From an uncultured Nitrososphaerota archaeon (GTDB lineage Archaea; Thermoproteota; EX4484-205; JAAOZP01), in NCBI GenBank assembly GCA_964416155.1, contig CAYQCW010000004.1, forward strand, positions 30,658 to 94,657: 64,000 nucleotides of DNA. The letters are read 5' to 3'. Under the pieces are notes generated by a model, which saw only the letters and a list, made by a program, of their open reading frames with translations, was not told the origin of the DNA and made no database searches. The translations under genes were made by a program, and so were the position numbers. The first letter of the stretch is position 1, and each line of letters opens with the position of its first letter. Positions 38,693 to 48,606 of this stretch are shown here, piece after piece.

Positions 38693-39486
38693 GGAAAACA
38701 TACTTTTTTCTAGTAATGGGGATTGGGACGCTTGCCTTTTTAATGCCCTTGTTAAGGCTTAAACCGTATGTCGCATTTTCGATTCAGCTCTTAGTCTACA
38801 CGCTAATGCTGTCTCAGAGGAAGGAAGACGGTGCTGAAAACCTTTCGGAGACTGTTGACTTGACACTAGTAGGGAGGTTGGCGGATAACCCTGAAAACTT
38901 GAACTTTGAGGGTTCCGTTTTCAAAACGCTGTCGGATTTAGGTTTTGAAACCGATTACCGTGGTCTCTTCGAAAAGGCTTTGCGCAGAAGCATAAATGGG
39001 CATCCGGTGGAGAAAACTTTAATCTCACATTCCAGTGGGCTTGACCAAACAGGCAGGCTTCTAATCAGGCTTGTTTCAAGCCTTTTCACCAAGGATGCCA
39101 TGTCAGCTAAAAAGATCCTGAAAAGCTATGTGATCCTACTCAGGGAAAACGAGAATTTGAAGAACGAGAGGAGAACTCTGTTTTCAGAAGCCAGGTTCAG
39201 GGCTAGAATAATGCTTATAGTAAGCGCCTCCTTGATGGGTTTCCTCTCGGCTGCAACTCCTGTTCTCAACGCTTTATCGGCTTTTTCAGCCACACCCGTT
39301 TTACAGAGTGATTCCTCGCTGCTTCTTTCTCTCATCCTATACGTTTTAAGCATCTCTATACTTGTCCACCGCTCCCTAGCCTTTAGAAACCTCGCTAAAA
39401 CAATGCTTTTCTCAGCGTTAAGCTTCGCTGCTTCATTCCTAGTTTTCAACGGTATGATCAGCAGCTTCATGGTGCAAATCAACTGA
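38689..39486 (+). CDS. TadB/TadC-like platform membrane protein
   Basis: N-terminal TMs, helical domain, EARFRARIMLIV then TMs. Confidence 0.55.
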   Translation: MRKTYFFLVMGIGTLAFLMPLLRLKPYVAFSIQLLVYTLMLSQRKEDGAENLSETVDLTLVGRLADNPENLNFEGSVFKTLSDLGFETDYRGLFEKALRRSINGHPVEKTLISHSSGLDQTGRLLIRLVSSLFTKDAMSAKKILKSYVILLRENENLKNERRTLFSEARFRARIMLIVSASLMGFLSAATPVLNALSAFSATPVLQSDSSLLLSLILYVLSISILVHRSLAFRNLAKTMLFSALSFAASFLVFNGMISSFMVQIN

Positions 39487-39532
39487 CGAAGCTATTGGCG
39501 CTTAAATTGTTTAGGAACACCGTAATAGTGGG

Positions 39533-39736
39533 TTGAAGAGGATCTTGAAAACCAGGCTAAGGGGGTCGCAGCTCATAGAGGAGGGTCTGCTGATAGTGTT
39601 GGCTCTAGTCATGCTCGGAGCCGTCTTCGGGGTTTCAAAGCAAATCGTGGACAACATATCTGGGTTCTTCAACTCTCTAATAGAGGAAGTGGGCAACCTA
39701 GGTGAAAGCCTATTCGGCTGGCTGCTGCCTAAATAA
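39533..39736 (+). CDS. Type IV pilin with class III signal peptide
   Basis: MKRILKTRLRG|SQLIEEGLLIVLALVML: basic leader, Gly at -1, Glu at +5, hydrophobic stretch. Confidence 0.85.
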   Translation: MKRILKTRLRGSQLIEEGLLIVLALVMLGAVFGVSKQIVDNISGFFNSLIEEVGNLGESLFGWLLPK

Positions 39737-41595
39737 TGGCTGACGGCAGGAATAGAAAGCTGGATCCTACATACGTGGCCGTAATCATCATACTGCTGAT
39801 AAGCATGCTGAAAAACTTTCCAGGTTTCCAGTTTTTTCTAAGCCTTCCCTCGCCAGGGGTTACCCTCTCCCTAATGATGCTTCTGCTCCCCGTAGCGCTT
39901 CTCCTGCTTTACAGGCGGCCGAGCCTAGTTGAACACTTGTCTTTCAGAGAAAACGAGGACTACTTCATCGCGGAAACAGGTTCGTCGCAGCTTGTAGTGG
40001 GGGCGGTTTCAATGCTTCCTGAGGAGGGATCTGGTGGAATCAAGGTTGGAGAGGAGAACTTCTATTTGAAGACCAAGAGCCTTGTCAACGGGCTTCTTAA
40101 AGCAGGCGTCTCAATAACGTTTGTGACCCATATGCTTCCCTCGGGAAACCCTGATGAAGATGTTCTTCTCGCCCAGCTGCTCGTGGTCAGCAGGAAAATA
40201 GGGCGCGAAGGGGTTGATGAGGCGGTTAAGATGCTTGGGACAGATTTTGAAAAAGTAAAGTCTATCTACAACACTGTTTTCCCAGAGTTAAGACTCGTCA
40301 GGCTGAGAGGGGGTGAACTGTTTAAATACTTGAGGAGGATCCTGGTGGATGATTCTTTTACTCGGCGAGTTGACGCCAGCAGCTCTGTCAAGCTTCTTAC
40401 ACCACATATGCCTGATGACGAGCTCTGTTTTCTCGCATCCCCCTACGGGCCCTCTGCCGATCGTGTTGAAACCAAGGAGACTATTAGCCTCGGGTCGATT
40501 GTTTTCAACGGTTCAAGCATCATCCCGCTTAGGCTTGAGGCAGACAAGTTTAAGAAGCATATGGCTGTCTACGGCTCAACAGGATCCGGTAAGACGACAA
40601 CTGTAAAACATGTTTTAAGGGAGCTCGCTGAGCTCGGATACCCTTTTATGGTTTTAGACTGGCATAACGAGTATAGGCGTCTGACTGAGGAGCTTAACGG
40701 CATTGTTCTCACACCCGGTTCTTTCTCCCTGGACATACTTAACCCAGTTGAGGCTAACAGTCTGTCTGAGCACGTGGCTATAGTCACAGATATTTTCGAC
40801 CAGATATACGGCTTCACCCCCTCCCAATCATACATGTTTAGAGAAGTGCTTCTGCAAACGCTCACGGTGAAAGAGCTTGGAATTCCTGCTTCAAACTCTC
40901 TCAGGGGGCTTGTAGAAGCCTTGGAGAGATGGAGCATTAAATCGTTCTACGAGAACGAGACAAAGTTCGCACTTCTGAGAAGACTGAGGCCATTGGTAAC
41001 TGGGCAGAGTAGAGAAATATTCTGCAACACGAGTAAGCTGGTGAAAATCGGCGACATTATAGATAGGAACGTGGTTTTCGAGCTGGGAGACATTGTCGAA
41101 GTGGATATTCGTAAACTGGTTTCACTATTCATCTTGGCGCTACTCTACGAGTTTAGGGTGAAAAACAAGAACGCCAGGAGCCACTTTACTGTTGTCGAGG
41201 AGGCGCACAACATTCTGCCGTATAGGAGGCGTGACTCACCGCCGGGGATTGCTGAAAAACTTTTCTTGGAGATGAGAAAGTTTAACGAGAGCCTTATACT
41301 TGTGTCACAGTTCCCATCCCAAATCTCCCCTGAAATAGTCAAGTCCACAAGCCTGAAAATATCCCACAGGATATGCGAGGGGGAGGAGTCAAGAGTTTTG
41401 ACAGACATAATGGGTCTTTCACAGGGGGACTATGAGCTTCTAAAGAAGCAGACACCGGGATACGGCTTCTTAACGGCGGAGGGCTTTTCTAAACCTATGC
41501 TTTTCACCATAGGGCTTAACGGAAGAGGAAGCCCATTTTACTGGGATTCTTCAGAAGGAAGTCAACCCAGTCGACCACGTCGCCCCTACACCTGA
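39736..41595 (+). CDS. Membrane-anchored HerA/VirB4-like ATPase (CedB-like architecture)
   Basis: Two N-terminal TMs, GSTGSGKT, VLDWHNEY, VVEEAHN, EMRKF. Confidence 0.85.
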   Translation: MADGRNRKLDPTYVAVIIILLISMLKNFPGFQFFLSLPSPGVTLSLMMLLLPVALLLLYRRPSLVEHLSFRENEDYFIAETGSSQLVVGAVSMLPEEGSGGIKVGEENFYLKTKSLVNGLLKAGVSITFVTHMLPSGNPDEDVLLAQLLVVSRKIGREGVDEAVKMLGTDFEKVKSIYNTVFPELRLVRLRGGELFKYLRRILVDDSFTRRVDASSSVKLLTPHMPDDELCFLASPYGPSADRVETKETISLGSIVFNGSSIIPLRLEADKFKKHMAVYGSTGSGKTTTVKHVLRELAELGYPFMVLDWHNEYRRLTEELNGIVLTPGSFSLDILNPVEANSLSEHVAIVTDIFDQIYGFTPSQSYMFREVLLQTLTVKELGIPASNSLRGLVEALERWSIKSFYENETKFALLRRLRPLVTGQSREIFCNTSKLVKIGDIIDRNVVFELGDIVEVDIRKLVSLFILALLYEFRVKNKNARSHFTVVEEAHNILPYRRRDSPPGIAEKLFLEMRKFNESLILVSQFPSQISPEIVKSTSLKISHRICEGEESRVLTDIMGLSQGDYELLKKQTPGYGFLTAEGFSKPMLFTIGLNGRGSPFYWDSSEGSQPSRPRRPYT

Positions 41596-42115
41596 ACCCT
41601 TCTCTGTAACACTCCATAAACCGGGTGTAGGTTTTTCCGACACTAATACCAGTAGTGTCCAGCTGCACGATTCTCTTCCCCTTTAAATGGAGCTTCGCCA
41701 TCAGATAACAGTAGTCCGTAATCTCGGATTCAACGTTCCTCCTAGCCTTATCCTCACCATATCTCTTAACGCTCGTGAGCCTGCGCCAGAGAACATCTGG
41801 CCTACTTCTTAAGACTAGACAGTAGTCAACATGCTTCACCGGGGAAACCTCAGCAGCGTAATGTCCATCTATCAGGAGACGAACTCCTTCTCCGACGCTG
41901 TTTGAAACATGTTTTAACAGAGCCCTTTTCAAAATGTCCATGTCGACAATACTTGTTTCTAACGAATCATCATACCCAGTGATCGCGTTTACCTTAGCCG
42001 CAAACCTGCCGAGATCTAGGTGAACCCAGCCTTTATTCCTGCTGACAATGCGTCTACACAAAGAGGTCTTACCGGTTCCAGGAGTACCTGTTACCACTAT
42101 TACCTTGCTCCTCAC
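41516..42115 (-). CDS. AK6/Fap7-family adenylate kinase
   Basis: VTGTPGTGKT, IDGHY, LRSRPDVLWRRL. Confidence 0.88.
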   Translation of the reverse strand: MRSKVIVVTGTPGTGKTSLCRRIVSRNKGWVHLDLGRFAAKVNAITGYDDSLETSIVDMDILKRALLKHVSNSVGEGVRLLIDGHYAAEVSPVKHVDYCLVLRSRPDVLWRRLTSVKRYGEDKARRNVESEITDYCYLMAKLHLKGKRIVQLDTTGISVGKTYTRFMECYREGFRCRGDVVDWVDFLLKNPSKMGFLFR

Positions 42116-42211
42116 AACTTAGGCTGTGCACTCGGGTTATAAAAATTCATGGTTCTGAACCGTTTTTAAACAGCAAAAGATTTAACTCCCCCTCTGAAGA
42201 ATGTTTCCCCA

Positions 42212-42286
42212 GCTCCGATGGTGTAGCCCGGTCAAGCATACGAGCCTCTCGAGCTCGGGGCCCGGGTTCAAATCCCGGTCGGAGCA
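42212..42286 (+). tRNA. tRNA-Glu(CTC)
   Basis: Cloverleaf with anticodon loop CTCTCGA. Confidence 0.96.
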
Positions 42287-42537
42287 TTTTAAATATTTCT
42301 TCTTTTATTTTTTAACTTGCAGACCGGCCATCCTTCACCTCTTTTGTCACGACTTGCCACTTAGGCTCAAGACCCTGTTTTCAAAGCATTTGAATTCGGA
42401 TAAGGTAAGATACTTTAGAGCGTGATCCTGCTATGAGGATGTGTTGGTGCGGCTTGACTGTTGTAAAGAGTGTTGCTGGCTATGAAAAACATATTAAAAC
42501 AGTTCTTAACGTACGCCCACAAATCCGATGTAAAAAT

Positions 42538-42555
42538 TAGGATTTTTAAATCCTA
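42538..42555. promoter_or_regulatory. Palindrome upstream of the MFS gene
   Basis: TAGGATTT-TT-AAATCCTA, perfect 8-bp arms. Confidence 0.35.
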
Positions 42556-42661
42556 CTGTTTTCAGCATCTATTCATTATTTTTTCAAGCCCCTGCTTCCG
42601 AGCGTTTTCGTAAGGTAGACTAGTAAAATTCAAATATGCTAGGAAACAGGAGTGGAGAAAA

Positions 42662-43840
42662 TTGAAATCTGGATCGAACCGCACATTGCTAACAATATCC
42701 GTAACCGGTGGGCTGGTATGGGCCTCATTTGCACCCCTATCCATTCTGTTTGGTGTCTATCTAAGGTCCCTAGGTCTATCCTATGCTTCTATCGGCCTGC
42801 TTATGTCTGTCTCCAGCCTTCTCTCCCCCTTCCTCCAACCCTTGTTTGGCGCTGTTGCCGATAAATATCGGAACAGGAAAGTAATAGTTTCCATATCGCT
42901 CTTCTTCAGAAGCTTAGCCTACCTGCTGCTAATGCTGTCTACAGATGTTTTGGGCATGTCGATATGTTACGTTGCCGCCGGGTTATTTCTAGCAGGATTC
43001 ATGCCGCTTGCCCAATCCATGGTTGCAGATCTCTCTGAAGACAATAGGCTTGGTGTCCATATGGGAAGATATAGATTGTTCGGATCCATAGGTTGGGCAG
43101 CTGCTTGCATTCTTACTGGTTTGCTTGCCAGAGACAACCTGTGGAACATTTTTCCACTCGCCTTAGCGTTCTCCACCATTTCCTTTCTGGTAAGTTTGTT
43201 TCTGCCAAGTGTCGAGGGAATGGACGGGAGTCACCACGGCATTACTCAGCGCAGAGTGTCCTCTCTTAAGCTTGCCGCTTGCTTCACGGCAAGCATCTTA
43301 ATCTCGGGAGTAGGCATGGGAGCAACATCCTCCTTCCTTACTATTTCACTGTCGCAGCTGGGCAGCGATCCTTTTTTCATGAGTCTCGTGATCGCCATAG
43401 GGGCTCTTCTCGAAGTTCCTGCCATGTACTTAGGTGGTTGGCTATCCGATAGGATCGGGGGTCTTCCCGTCTTGGTTTTCGGAGAAGTAGGCCTAGGCAT
43501 GGTTTACTGGCTCTACGGGACCGTAGAGAACCTCTACAGCTATCTGCTGATTCAGAGTGTTCGGGGGATTCTTTACGCCTTATACACGGTCTCAGGAATG
43601 TCGATTAGCTCAAGCCTTGGTGGAAGCGGGAGAAGGGGGCTTTACGCAGGTTTTTACAACCTCTCGTTTCAACTTGGAATGGCCTCCGGCCCCTATTTAG
43701 GGGGTTTGGTCTCAGATTACCGTGGATTGTGGGCCATGTTCGCTCTGTCTTCAGCTTTATCATTGTTCTCTACAGTACTTCTCATGCCTTGGATGACGTT
43801 TTTCTTTAAAAGAAAAAATAGCCGGGATTCCTTGAAGTGA
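42662..43840 (+). CDS. MFS transporter
   Basis: About 12 TMs; GAVADKYRNRK and GWLSDRIGG motif A repeats. Confidence 0.92.
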   Translation: MKSGSNRTLLTISVTGGLVWASFAPLSILFGVYLRSLGLSYASIGLLMSVSSLLSPFLQPLFGAVADKYRNRKVIVSISLFFRSLAYLLLMLSTDVLGMSICYVAAGLFLAGFMPLAQSMVADLSEDNRLGVHMGRYRLFGSIGWAAACILTGLLARDNLWNIFPLALAFSTISFLVSLFLPSVEGMDGSHHGITQRRVSSLKLAACFTASILISGVGMGATSSFLTISLSQLGSDPFFMSLVIAIGALLEVPAMYLGGWLSDRIGGLPVLVFGEVGLGMVYWLYGTVENLYSYLLIQSVRGILYALYTVSGMSISSSLGGSGRRGLYAGFYNLSFQLGMASGPYLGGLVSDYRGLWAMFALSSALSLFSTVLLMPWMTFFFKRKNSRDSLK

Positions 43841-43892
43841 ATTGTTAAGCGTTTAAAAAAGCTACACGTTTGAAAGGCTGTTTCGAGAAGCC

Positions 43893-45503
43893 TTAGCTTT
43901 TCTCCTCAGTCTTGGGTTTCACAGTCAGTATTACTTCGTCGACACCTATTATCGTCGTAGCCAGTTCCACGGCGGAAACCAGCCAGCTTTTAACGACAAG
44001 ATATGGGTCGACTACTTTTCCGTCTAGATCGGCAACTTCTCTGCTGACAGCATCTATCCCATATCCTGAGCCATCTTTAGAATGCTTGCTGTTAAGCAGG
44101 GCCATCGTTGTCAGAGGCTTCATGCCAACGTTTGTGGCAAGGGTTCTTACAAGAGATTCGACGCTTTCGGCAAAAGCCTCGTATATCAGCCTATCCTCCT
44201 CAGACTGGTTCTCCGCGCTTCTTCTCAACGCGCGTCCTATCTCAAGTAGCTCCGCCCCGCCGCCAACAACGCATCTCGGATCCTTATACAGGCTTAGGAC
44301 TGCTGAGAGCGCGTGCTTAAACTCTCTCTCATACTCCTTCAAAAGATCCTCGTTAACGCTTCTCAGCAGTACTGAAACGGCCTTAGGCTCGCGGCAGCCC
44401 TCTACGAAAACTATTTTCTCGTTTTCGAAAACCTCCTCTTTGACGATGTCTGCCCTGCCAAGCTTGTCCTCAGAAATATCCTCCGGGTCTGAAACGATCT
44501 TCCCGTAGGTTGCCCTCTCAAGTCTCTCCATGTCTGATCTTTTAACCCGTCTCACCGCAGTGATACTGTTTTTATAGAGGTATTGCTGCGCGAGCTCGTC
44601 TATGCCCTTCTGGCAGAAAACAACGTTGGCCCCAGACTTAACTATCCTGTCAACCCTTTCCCTTATCATTTCCTCCTCTTCCCTAATGAACCCGCGGAGC
44701 TCCTCAGTAGTCTTAACCTCTATTTCAGTCGATATCTCCGTCTTCTTAACCTCCAGAGCATAGTCTATCAGCGCGATCCTAGCGTCTTTAACCGTTTTAC
44801 TCATGTTCGGGTGGACGACTTCCTTGTCGACTATAACACCGTTGACAAGCCTTGAGTCTAAAACCCCGTGTCCACGCTTCCTAACTATGCTCACCCAGTC
44901 TATGTCTGCGTAATACCCTCCATCCCTTTTTTCAACGATCCTTTCAGCGGTGCTCAGGACGATTTCAGCGATCCTCCTCCTCTCCTCCGGGGAAGAGAAG
45001 AAAGCGATCGCTGTTTCAGCGATCCTGTTCAAAGCCTCCCTGTCTGAAAAGTCAACCGGCTTAGCGTCCTTCTCGAGCTTTTCAAGAGCCTCGGTTAAAG
45101 CCTTGTTGAAGCCTCTAACTATTGAAATCGGGCTTATTCCCTGCTTGTACAGGCTGTACGCGTTTCTAACCAGGTCGCAGGTTAAAAGTATTAGCGAAGT
45201 CGTGCCGTCTCCGATTTCCTTCTCAAGAGCCTTAGCCGCGTCTATTATTATCTTGCCAACTGGGTGTTCAATGTTCGCCTCGCTGAGAATAGTGACTCCG
45301 GTCTTAGTCACCGTGACGTCTCCGACTGTGCCCACTAGGAGCTTGTTGAAGCCTCTTGGACCGTAGGCAGTTCTGACAACCTCGCCTATTACGAGCGACG
45401 CCACAATATTGTTTTCATAAGCCTCCTCCTTGCTTCTCCTCACGGTCGTTTCTTTAAGCACTATTGCTGGTCTACTCTGTCCATAGGCCATTTTTCGTAT
45501 CAC
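43893..45503 (-). CDS. Divergent thermosome subunit
   Basis: GPRGFNK, GDGTTS, NGVIVDKEVVHP, QKGIDE; catalytic Asp positions substituted. Confidence 0.93.
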   Translation of the reverse strand: MIRKMAYGQSRPAIVLKETTVRRSKEEAYENNIVASLVIGEVVRTAYGPRGFNKLLVGTVGDVTVTKTGVTILSEANIEHPVGKIIIDAAKALEKEIGDGTTSLILLTCDLVRNAYSLYKQGISPISIVRGFNKALTEALEKLEKDAKPVDFSDREALNRIAETAIAFFSSPEERRRIAEIVLSTAERIVEKRDGGYYADIDWVSIVRKRGHGVLDSRLVNGVIVDKEVVHPNMSKTVKDARIALIDYALEVKKTEISTEIEVKTTEELRGFIREEEEMIRERVDRIVKSGANVVFCQKGIDELAQQYLYKNSITAVRRVKRSDMERLERATYGKIVSDPEDISEDKLGRADIVKEEVFENEKIVFVEGCREPKAVSVLLRSVNEDLLKEYEREFKHALSAVLSLYKDPRCVVGGGAELLEIGRALRRSAENQSEEDRLIYEAFAESVESLVRTLATNVGMKPLTTMALLNSKHSKDGSGYGIDAVSREVADLDGKVVDPYLVVKSWLVSAVELATTIIGVDEVILTVKPKTEEKS

Positions 45504-45590
45504 CTCGATACTCCCTCTTTAAAAAGACTTTTTAAAAGCTTTTCCCGGGAGACAATATTTATTAGGTCATGGGTCTTCTTCCCCCCGAGT

Positions 45591-45818
45591 TTGGGAAAGA
45601 TCTATGACAGCCGGGTTAAGGGGGTTGCGAGGATGCTGCTGCTTAAATACGGTGATCTCTTCAGCAACGATTATTATGTGAACAAGCAGGTTTTGAGGAA
45701 GATAGCGGTTTTCCGGTCTAAGAAGCTTTTGAACAGGGTTGCCGGATATATTACGTCGGTTAAATCCTCTGAGGGAGGAAAACAACAGGAGGAGGTGATT
45801 GAGGTTGGAGAAGAGTGA
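45591..45818 (+). CDS. rps17e: 30S ribosomal protein S17e
   Basis: MGKI...FSNDY..NK...SKKLLNRVAGYIT. Confidence 0.88.
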   Translation: MGKIYDSRVKGVARMLLLKYGDLFSNDYYVNKQVLRKIAVFRSKKLLNRVAGYITSVKSSEGGKQQEEVIEVGEE

Positions 45819-46182
45819 TTTCCCAATCTTCCTGTCTGTCCTCGACTACGGCTGGTTGAAGAGGGCTCTGAGGGAGGCCGAAGCCTATCTCAAGGAGTCT
45901 AAGAAGGCTTCTCCGCCTTTGAAACTCATATACGCAAGAATGTCAATCCTTTCAAGCAGAATGTTTGTAACAATGCTTTTCCCGCCGATGAGCAAGTATG
46001 AAAGCGCTAACGTCAGCGAGGAAGCTTTAAACCCTGTTGAGTATAGGCTTAGAAGCCTATACGACAAGGCTCTTGAAAAAGTTGAAAAAATACAGCTTTC
46101 AGAGGAGGAGGCCGTGGAGATAAGCGATTTCCTGTATAATCTTTCCTCCACAATCCTCGAACAGATTTTAAGAAAAAACTAG
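45799..46182 (+). CDS. Hypothetical helical protein
   Basis: 127-aa ORF coupled to rps17e. Confidence 0.6.
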   Translation: MRLEKSDFPIFLSVLDYGWLKRALREAEAYLKESKKASPPLKLIYARMSILSSRMFVTMLFPPMSKYESANVSEEALNPVEYRLRSLYDKALEKVEKIQLSEEEAVEISDFLYNLSSTILEQILRKN

Positions 46183-46276
46183 TTAGATTAGATAACAATG
46201 TGCTTTTCAGGTTTAAATAGTTCTTTGAACATTGTTTTTCGAATGATGTGAACTGACCTGCTCTGAGAGAATGTCT

Positions 46277-46900
46277 CTATGAAGACCATGCACCTCTCTG
46301 AGGTTTCTCAACCATGTTTAAAATGGAGAGTCTTTTCAAGTAGCTGTCGACGATCATGGGCGGCAGCCCAATGTCTATTAGCATATCTCTGAATTCATCA
46401 ATGGTTTTATCGCCTTCCTTAAGGTTCTTCTGAGCAAGGCTTCTAACAGTTTCACCAATCTCGTGGGGGAAAATAATCCATTTCTCTGTCTTCTTGACGT
46501 AGTAGTCCGGCTTAAAAGTGCTCCAAGGCTTGTAGTAGACGGTTGCAACCCTAACCTCGCGAGCACCCTTGCCTTCGAGATGCCTGCGAACTATCTCTAG
46601 GCTTCTACCTGTGTCTGCAACATCATCAACAACCAGTACCTTCTTCCCGTTAACGTCAACGTTAACATCCTGCAGTATCCTTGGCTCACGGCCTGTTTTT
46701 TCGACATCCTCGTAGAAGGCAACCCTTATGATGCCTATTTCAGGTTTTTCAAACTCGTCCGAAAAAATCCTGAGCGGGACCAGTCCTCCTCTTGAGACTC
46801 CGATCATCACTTCCGGCATATATCCGGATTTCAAAACTTTCTCAACGAGTTCTAGGGTAAGCTGGTAGAAATGCTCCCAGCTTATTACTTCGAACTCCAT
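46277..46900 (-). CDS. Type I phosphoribosyltransferase (purine salvage-like)
   Basis: GVSRGGLVP, VLVVDDVADTGRSL, WIIFPHE. Confidence 0.93.
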   Translation of the reverse strand: MEFEVISWEHFYQLTLELVEKVLKSGYMPEVMIGVSRGGLVPLRIFSDEFEKPEIGIIRVAFYEDVEKTGREPRILQDVNVDVNGKKVLVVDDVADTGRSLEIVRRHLEGKGAREVRVATVYYKPWSTFKPDYYVKKTEKWIIFPHEIGETVRSLAQKNLKEGDKTIDEFRDMLIDIGLPPMIVDSYLKRLSILNMVEKPQRGAWSS

Positions 46901-46966
46901 TCCGGCTTTAACACTTAAATGCTATAAAATAAATGTTTTTATCCGGTTTCACGGCCAAATATCCTG

Positions 46967-47506
46967 TTGGAACCCGTTCGAAGCATAGATTCACTGGGCA
47001 CGTGCTTCACGCTTCTATTGGTTGACAGCCTCCCGGAAGAATGGGTTAGTATAGCAGCTGAGTTAAAGAAGAATAGGAGGGTTTTCATTCAGTTTTTCAA
47101 CCCGGCCTGCCTAGTGAGCGAACTAATACCTTTCCTAGTCTACAATGTTCATCAAGCTTTCAAACATGGGTATAACGTGCTTAGGGGTTTTGAGCAGGAG
47201 CTTCTAGTGGCGCTTTACGGAAAGAGGAGCTTCCAAGAGGCGTTATCCACGCTTGGAGCACCAGTTTCGCAGCGGGCAGCTATACTAGTGGTTTCAGAGG
47301 ATGTTGCAGTTTTAAAGGAGGCGGTTACTGCTTTAAATGAAGAGTTTTCGAGGAGAGGGCTGTCTGTTGAACCTTTCAGGGATGATGAGCGGTTGTTCAC
47401 ATCCTTCTGGAGCAGCCTGCTTTCCAAGGGTCTTAACGTTGAAGCCTTAAAGTATTCCGAAGTGCTTAAGCTTGTCAAGGAAAGGATAGCACTCCTATAC
47501 GTTTAA
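46967..47506 (+). CDS. cgi121: KEOPS subunit Cgi121-like
   Basis: IQFFNP...AFKHGYNVLRGFEQELLVALYGKRSFQEAL..LG pattern. Confidence 0.65.
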   Translation: MEPVRSIDSLGTCFTLLLVDSLPEEWVSIAAELKKNRRVFIQFFNPACLVSELIPFLVYNVHQAFKHGYNVLRGFEQELLVALYGKRSFQEALSTLGAPVSQRAAILVVSEDVAVLKEAVTALNEEFSRRGLSVEPFRDDERLFTSFWSSLLSKGLNVEALKYSEVLKLVKERIALLYV

Positions 47507-47638
47507 AACAGGCGTGTGGAAGAAGGCGGCTTATAGAAATCATGCTTTGAACGTCTTTGAGGCTTTCCTGGAAGCCCAGACGGTTTAAGCAGAGGCTAGC
47601 AAGATTAAAATACTAGTTTTCATGCATAAGAAACAGCC

Positions 47639-48364
47639 TTGGAGGCACCGGAAATAGTAGTGGACGTTAAAGAGGTCACTAAGAATTATGTTCTTAGGAG
47701 CGGTGTGGTGAAGGCTTTAAAGGGGATTGACCTACAGGTGAAGAGAGGCGAGTACGTGGTTGTAATGGGCCCCTCTGGAAGCGGTAAGACGACGTTGTTC
47801 AACATGATCGGCGGCCTAGATAAGCCTACGAGCGGAAGCGTCTCCATAGATAGTATAAACCTGGCGCAGATGAATGACCGGCAGCTCGCATGGGTTAGAA
47901 GCAGGAAAATAGGCTACATATTTCAAACATTCAACCTGATACCGGTGCTCTCAGCCCAAGATAATGTTGCGCTGTCAATGGTCTTCCTCGGGATAAGCAA
48001 GGAGGAGAGGCGTAAGAAGGCTGCTGAGCTTCTTAGCCTAGTCGGCTTGGGAGACAGGCTTAGCCATAGGCCGCAGGAGCTTTCCGGCGGACAGCAACAG
48101 AGGGTCGCGATCGCAAGAGCGTTGGCGAACAATCCTTCTATAATACTTGCAGACGAGCCTACGGGTAACCTCGACCTCTCCACGGGGCTTTCAATAGTCC
48201 AGCTGCTGTACAGGCTTAAGGTGGAGAGAAACACTACTGTGATATGTGCTACTCACGACCTTAAAATGGTGGACGTGTCGGATAGGCTGGCATGGCTTAG
48301 GGACGGAGTTATAGAGAGGATTGAGGAAAGGACGACGGTAACCCTGACCGCAGGAGAAATGTAG
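47639..48364 (+). CDS. ABC ATP-binding protein, LolD/MacB type, with no adjacent permease
   Basis: GPSGSGKT, FQTFNL, LSGGQQQRVAIARAL, ADEPTGNLD. Confidence 0.95.
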   Translation: MEAPEIVVDVKEVTKNYVLRSGVVKALKGIDLQVKRGEYVVVMGPSGSGKTTLFNMIGGLDKPTSGSVSIDSINLAQMNDRQLAWVRSRKIGYIFQTFNLIPVLSAQDNVALSMVFLGISKEERRKKAAELLSLVGLGDRLSHRPQELSGGQQQRVAIARALANNPSIILADEPTGNLDLSTGLSIVQLLYRLKVERNTTVICATHDLKMVDVSDRLAWLRDGVIERIEERTTVTLTAGEM

Positions 48365-48441
48365 ATTGGGAAGCATGCTTCACAGTTTTTAACCAAGGGA
48401 TATGTTTTTATACTGCTTTTCAAAGTTTCTTCCGACCCAAA

Positions 48442-48549
48442 ATGAGCGAGGATTTTGACGAGGAGGAAGAAGAGGAGGAAGAATGGGAGGAAGAGGAAGA
48501 GGACTGGGAGGAAGACTGGGAAGAGGAAGAACTAGAGGAAGAATGGTAG
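48442..48549 (+). CDS. 35-aa hyperacidic Trp-containing micro-protein (not in the ORF track)
   Basis: MSEDFDEEEEEEEEWEEEEEDWEEDWEEEELEEEW with mixed GAA/GAG codons; TTTTTATA upstream. Confidence 0.65.
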   Translation: MSEDFDEEEEEEEEWEEEEEDWEEDWEEEELEEEW

Positions 48550-48606
48550 ACAAGGCAACGCTTTTTCTCAAGTAGTTTTTCAAAAGTTTTCCATGGTTGA
48601 TACGGA

